From: Candidatus Altimarinota bacterium
Lineage (GTDB): Bacteria > Patescibacteriota > Gracilibacteria > 1-14-2-50-48-13
Direction: 5' to 3'
NCBI GenBank assembly: GCA_046314355.1
Contig: JBKBWQ010000001.1
Location: 800,001-864,000 of the forward strand
Length of the DNA stretch: 64,000 nt
Shown here: positions 59,499-64,000 of the stretch, piece by piece
Numbering within the stretch: position 1 is the first letter of the stretch
How the letters are laid out: the number at the start of each line of letters is the position of its first letter
Program-made: the position numbers and the translations under genes
Notes under the pieces: generated by a model
The model's database searches: none
The model's input: the letters and a program-made list of their open reading frames with translations, nothing else
What the model was told of the DNA's origin: nothing

Positions 59499-59561
59499 AA
59501 AGGGATTATAATGAAAATGATCAGACTACACAATAGACAATATTAAAAAATTATTGTCTAA

Positions 59562-60125
59562 TTATTCATTATCGCGCGAAAGGTACTCTCCTGTTCGCGT
59601 GTCAACTTTCACTTTCTCTCCTTCCTTAATGAAAAGCGGAACCTGTACAACTAGACCTGTACTAAGCGTAGCAGGTTTTGATCCTCCTGTTGCATTGTCT
59701 CCTTTCACTCCTGGAACTGTTTCCATTACTTCAAAAGACATGCTTGGAGAAAGAAGAATTGCAATAGGCCGTTCTCCAAAAAACTGCACATCCACATCAG
59801 ATCCTTCAATAAGATAGTCCTTTGCATCTCCAATCTCATCTTCACCCATCTGAAACTGCTCATACGTATTGCCGTTCATGAATTCAAACGCATCTCCAGT
59901 CTTATAGAGAAACTGTGCCTTTGAATATCCTACATCTGCAGGCTTTACCTTATCTCCAGACTTATATGTCTTTTCAATAATTGATCCTGTTACAAGATTT
60001 TTAAGCTTTGTGTTCATCATACCTGCCTGTCGCGCTACCTTGATATGCTGATACTCAACTACCTGATATGGTACACCATCAATATCTACACATACGCCTT
60101 TTTTCAGATCGCTAATTTGATACAT
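59562..60125 (-). CDS. efp: Translation elongation factor P
   Basis: SDLKKG, TKLKNL, FMN..TYEQ, PGVKGDNA, K.ATL.TG..V.VPLFI..GE.V.VDTRTGEY.SR; start taken at MYQISDLKKG. Confidence 0.96.
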   Translation of the reverse strand: MYQISDLKKGVCVDIDGVPYQVVEYQHIKVARQAGMMNTKLKNLVTGSIIEKTYKSGDKVKPADVGYSKAQFLYKTGDAFEFMNGNTYEQFQMGEDEIGDAKDYLIEGSDVDVQFFGERPIAILLSPSMSFEVMETVPGVKGDNATGGSKPATLSTGLVVQVPLFIKEGEKVKVDTRTGEYLSRDNE

Positions 60126-60516
60126 AAACCTTTCATGAATTATAAAACATTGAAATTGTAGCCAATAGAAAGTACTTGGCAAGGGAAAGGAGGAAGTAGT
60201 TGAGTAAAAGAGTAAGAGAGTAATTAAGTAAGAGGGGGAGACTCAGGGTGACTGGTGAGAGTGTGGGTAACTTGTTACTAGTTTGGCTCTAAGGATAGGA
60301 ATGAGGATGAGGGGTAAGAATTAGGGTAGATTCAAGTCATAGCACTGCCGAAACTTATGTATCTGGATGCTGCAGTTGTAATCTTGCGAAGAAAATAAAG
60401 GATTACCATCAACATGAAGTAAGTTCCTTTGATTACGACTGTGCACTGGAGCCCGTTGGGCAATCCTTTATGGCTAAAGAAATATCCTTTGAACGGGATG
60501 ACGCTCACGCGAGCGA

Positions 60517-60951
60517 AATGATGAGAGTCTCAGGGCTCAACCCCCTGGGTCCCCCTTCTCAGGGGGATAGCTCATAGGCTCCCCCTCCCCGAGCCCTGAC
60601 ATGTACCGCAGGTACATCGCCTGGCTACGTAGTGGACTAGTAACTAGTGACGGTCACTAGTTACTAGTCACTCGAGCCCTCATCTAGACCGCACCGTCCC
60701 TGGGGGTTTGGGGGAGGAGAAGCATCTAATTACTCTTAGAAAGCACCCCCTCTGCCAGACGCTTTTCTCCTCCCCCAAGACTTTTGGTTACTTTTGGTCA
60801 CAAAAGTAACGCCCCACAGGCAGGTGAAGAAGAAACCACTTACTTCATCAAGCACCCTTCACCTCACTCAAACCTTTATCTCTTATAAGAGGATTTGTGA
60901 AAACTATAAGAACACTAGTTGAATAAACCAATACCCGACAATGGATTCCCG
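60517..60951. repeat. ~435 bp palindrome-rich intergenic repeat, copy 2
   Basis: Near-identical to 48989-49423. Confidence 0.93.
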
Positions 60952-60981
60952 TCTGCACGGTAATGACGGGATTTTTGTCAC

Positions 60982-61019
60982 AAAAAAAGCCCTTCCACCG
61001 GCAAGGTGGAAAGACTTTT
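60982..61019 (-). terminator. Rho-independent terminator
   Basis: aaaaaaagccttccacc...ggtggaaagactttt. Confidence 0.7.
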
Positions 61020-61037
61020 AAGATCTCAATACTCATA

Positions 61038-61727
61038 TTATCTTCTCCTTATAGTCTTTCTCGGAGTTGTAGTAGTTTTCTTTGGAGTAGTAGTCTTCTT
61101 AATAGTAGGGCTTGCAGCCTTCGCTTTACTCTGAGTCACAGCCTGAGATAACCCTGAGCTCTTCTGTGCAGCATCAGTCTTCACCTGAGAGAGTGAATTC
61201 TTATCAATAGGTCTAGAGTACTCACTAGCAGTTCGCGCAGGAGGCATAGCGTATGATCTTCCAAAGATAGCATTCGCGATCATTCCGCCAACGATAGCTC
61301 CACCTACTGATGTGAGAAAAGTTTGGAGAAAAGGAGAAGTACCCCCCTGCTCTACCTTTTGTACCTCCTCATCAACTTTTGCCTTCAATTCATCAGGCGT
61401 CATAGTCTGGAATTCAGGCACAAGCTTTTGACTATAGTTGTATACAGCGAGTGTAGAACCACTTGCTGTTCCACATACCTGATATGCAGACATGATCTCA
61501 TCATGATTCTTGGTAGCAGAACAATCTGTGTTTAGTTTAGCAACACTCTCAGCACATTTATACGTACCAGCTGTATCAGTACATTGCATAACACTACATG
61601 GTCCTTTCCCAGATTCACACATCTGAGCATAGAGATTTGTAAGATCAGGGGTCTCAGCAGTAGATGTGCTACTTCCGCATGACGTTAAAAGAAAAAGAGC
61701 TGTAAGACTTAAAAATATTTTTTTCAT
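61038..61727 (-). CDS. Hypothetical lipoprotein (Cys-rich N-part, basic tail)
   Basis: MKK signal with LTSC lipobox; six Cys; GG...GG..A hydrophobic segment; K/T/R-rich tail. Confidence 0.75.
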   Translation of the reverse strand: MKKIFLSLTALFLLTSCGSSTSTAETPDLTNLYAQMCESGKGPCSVMQCTDTAGTYKCAESVAKLNTDCSATKNHDEIMSAYQVCGTASGSTLAVYNYSQKLVPEFQTMTPDELKAKVDEEVQKVEQGGTSPFLQTFLTSVGGAIVGGMIANAIFGRSYAMPPARTASEYSRPIDKNSLSQVKTDAAQKSSGLSQAVTQSKAKAASPTIKKTTTPKKTTTTPRKTIRRR

Positions 61728-61853
61728 ATATGAGTTTTTCATTAGCAAATACATTTCATACTAGTGAACGTAAAAATAAACACTTTGTTACTTAATCGTA
61801 GTTTTTTAGGTTGCACAATAAGACAGTCCTTTTAATACCCTACTTACAGTTTT

Positions 61854-62300
61854 TTAATAACATCCTTTATTACGAAAGTACTCTACCGCTGGACGAATAT
61901 TCATCGCGCAGTCTGCAGGAAGATCATCTATATCATGCCACGCATACTCACGTACATCTCGACCTGGGGTAATAGTCTCTGTTTGCCTACTAGCATAGTA
62001 ATGAAAGAGAATAATAGTGAGAGGTTTCCCGTCTTTTTCTTTCTGAATATCCATTACAAATGGTTCGCCTTCCTCAAGTATCACTTCAAGCCCCAGTTCT
62101 TCCATTACTTCCCTTTCTGCATTTGCTCTAAAGCTATCATCCTGCGCCATAGTTCCACCTGGAAACTTCCAGTAATTATCATCCCCATGCTTATCGAGAA
62201 GAACTTTGTTATCTTCAACAATTACGGGACCTGACGCCATGGTCAGAAGTCTTTCATTTCCTGAGTCATCTGAAGTTGGATAGTTTTTAATGCCAAGCAT
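61854..62300 (-). CDS. NUDIX hydrolase
   Basis: WKFPGG.......NAEREVMEELG. Confidence 0.9.
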   Translation of the reverse strand: MLGIKNYPTSDDSGNERLLTMASGPVIVEDNKVLLDKHGDDNYWKFPGGTMAQDDSFRANAEREVMEELGLEVILEEGEPFVMDIQKEKDGKPLTIILFHYYASRQTETITPGRDVREYAWHDIDDLPADCAMNIRPAVEYFRNKGCY

Positions 62301-62411
62301 AAAATGTGGTTAAGAATATAGAAATGATAAAACATTCAAAAATAGAATACAAGAAAAAGACACCTATACTATAAGTGCCTGACAAATTTTTGTTTTTTTA
62401 TTTCGCGGTAT

Positions 62412-62537
62412 TTACTTTTTAGTTTCGGCAATACCTCTTGTCTGCAATACATTTGGAGGCCTTGCTTCTGATTTCATCAACTGAGCACCGCAGCCTGCTA
62501 AATTCATAAAAACCAGCACTATTACTATTTTTTTCAT
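62412..62537 (-). CDS. Small 41-aa lipoprotein
   Basis: MKKIVIVLVFMNLAGCGAQLMKSEARPPNVLQTRGIAETKK; canonical LAGC lipobox; AAGGGG SD; below the ORF-track cutoff. Confidence 0.65.
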   Translation of the reverse strand: MKKIVIVLVFMNLAGCGAQLMKSEARPPNVLQTRGIAETKK

Positions 62538-62685
62538 TTTGTCCCCTTTCTTAGAACAATATTTTTATTTGTGTGCGCACTATACTTTTCTCAAAATAAT
62601 AGTCAAACACTACTTCATTTTTTATACCATTGCATTTAAAATAGACAAAATAAAACCCGCTTTCGCGGGATTCTTATTCATATGC

Positions 62686-63081
62686 TTAAGCTGCCGACTG
62701 TTGCCGCACGCTTAGCATTTCTTCTTTTAGTTGGGCTGCTATTTCTTTGAGCAGCTTTCTTTTATACCTATAAACATTTCTTCGCATATTCTCGTATGCA
62801 ATTCCCAGTGATGTGGATACAATATACTCACCCTGAGGAGTGTTATTTATGAATCCTTTGGATAATACTTTATCCCAGGCATTCTCAGTATCCTGCAAAT
62901 AGATGGCAGGATCCAATATATATTTGTATCTTTCAATCTTTTGAATCTGATCAATAAAATTAATCAGATTTTGTTTATAGTCATGAATCACCTGAATTCC
63001 TTCAAGTGTAAAAAAATACAGAATCCCTACTATAGCGTCTTCACCAGATAGTAGACGTTTCTTTAATTTTTTCTGCTGCAC
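62686..63081 (-). CDS. Hypothetical protein
   Basis: 131 aa, AAGGAGG SD before GTG start, downstream hairpin. Confidence 0.65.
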   Translation of the reverse strand: MQQKKLKKRLLSGEDAIVGILYFFTLEGIQVIHDYKQNLINFIDQIQKIERYKYILDPAIYLQDTENAWDKVLSKGFINNTPQGEYIVSTSLGIAYENMRRNVYRYKRKLLKEIAAQLKEEMLSVRQQSAA

Positions 63082-63179
63082 TTCACATACCTCCTTTTAA
63101 AATATACACTTACGAATGCATATTTAACACCTAAACACAGATAAGTCAACTATCATTATAAAATTCTCCCTATAATTTC

Positions 63180-64000
63180 CTATTCCTTGTCATTTGCAGG
63201 ACGCAGAGATATCAGCACTACATACAGCATCACAAATATCAAAATCATATCCATCTTCCAAAAAGGTGTATCCACCACTCCGTGAAGAAGAATATAGAGC
63301 AGCGGTGTAAAGAAAAGCCAGTCCCTGGAATAGAAAAAAGAAGCAATGCTGTCCCAGAGCATAATAAGAAACAGCAGTAATCCAAAGATACCTACGGAAA
63401 GCCAGATGGAAAGATAGAGATTATGCGGATGAAGCATGACCCATTCATAAGGTGTTTTACCAAGGACACGTACTGCGTTTACTTTGTACTGTGCTTCATA
63501 CTGCCCTACTCCTATGCCCGTCAGCCAGTTATCTTTTAATAGATCAGTGGAAATGTCATACACCTCAAGTCTAGTGGAAGTCGATGACTGATCTTGAGTC
63601 TCAAAGAAAGTAGTGAATTTTTTAGAACCCGCCTCGGTGCTTAGAAGACCTGCCGCCAGCAATACAAAAATAGCAGCAGAGATGATCTTTTGTTTTACTG
63701 TAAAATTCCAAAGACCATAAAGCAGCAAGCAGATACCTACTGCTATCCAGCTACCGTAGGATTTTCCTAATAGAAAAGCTCCTGTGAGTACAGGAAGTAT
63801 CACAAGAAAGAGCTGTACTTGTTTTTCATGGAACGCATATGAACCTAATGCCTTATATGCTTCAAGGATATAGAGAGCTGTATAGATCATCGCCGGAGCC
63901 ACAAAGAATATCAGATAATTTGCGGAAACAAACACCCCTCCCAAGCGGTCATCAATAGTATCAGGATAGTGGAGAATATATCTCCAGATCAGACTAAGAG
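63180..64000 (-). CDS. O-antigen ligase/Wzy-like family membrane protein, C-terminal part
   Basis: RLGGVF..ANYL, STSTRLEVY, GIGVGQY, HPHNLYL, GIFGL, LLHGVVD; frame open to the window end. Confidence 0.85.
   Translation of the reverse strand, partial: LSLIWRYILHYPDTIDDRLGGVFVSANYLIFFVAPAMIYTALYILEAYKALGSYAFHEKQVQLFLVILPVLTGAFLLGKSYGSWIAVGICLLLYGLWNFTVKQKIISAAIFVLLAAGLLSTEAGSKKFTTFFETQDQSSTSTRLEVYDISTDLLKDNWLTGIGVGQYEAQYKVNAVRVLGKTPYEWVMLHPHNLYLSIWLSVGIFGLLLFLIMLWDSIASFFYSRDWLFFTPLLYILLHGVVDTPFWKMDMILIFVMLYVVLISLRPANDKE

Noticed and set aside
48989-60951. Composite transposon or genomic island bounded by the two 435-bp direct repeats
   Set aside because: The enclosed genes are housekeeping (lexA, tsaD, efp, dciA), with no transposase or integrase.
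1-64000. Standard genome-wide code 25 (frequent UGA=Gly)
   Set aside because: Long Gly-rich ORFs (1189, 858, 799 and 776 aa, and dnaK) contain no in-frame TGA; only one gene shows apparent readthrough.

Overview
Chromosomal segment of an AT-rich bacterium, most likely Patescibacteria/CPR and plausibly Gracilibacteria/Peregrinibacteria-like. That placement is inferred from gene content: scattered housekeeping genes without operon structure, SLH surface proteins, VirB2/TrbC-like pilins, a membrane-anchored VirB4/TraD-like ATPase and a GtrA-GT2 fusion. Recognisable genes are murB (partial), family-4 UDG, peroxiredoxin, polA, lspA, mgtE, dnaK (perfect CIRCE), dprA, rsmI, queA, mraY, dciA, lexA, yggT, tsaD and efp. 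No rRNA, tRNA or CRISPR array was seen. The most notable observations are: (1) a secreted ice-binding-like (DUF3494) protein whose LPKTG motif is fused directly to an intact class F sortase; (2) a full-length eukaryote-like Tam41 CDP-diacylglycerol synthase homologue next to a GSCFA protein; (3) a displaced copy of the dnaK 3' end plus terminator bounding a 2.2 kb islet with a broken IS200 tnpA; (4) two near-identical ~435 bp palindrome-rich intergenic elements; (5) a structured leader and probable ATA start upstream of a LysM/M23 gene; (6) single in-frame stops in an Fpg/Nei gene (TGA at a probable Gly position) and in polA (TAA); (7) a catalytically degenerate P-type ATPase. All family calls are from motif recognition by eye, not database searches.
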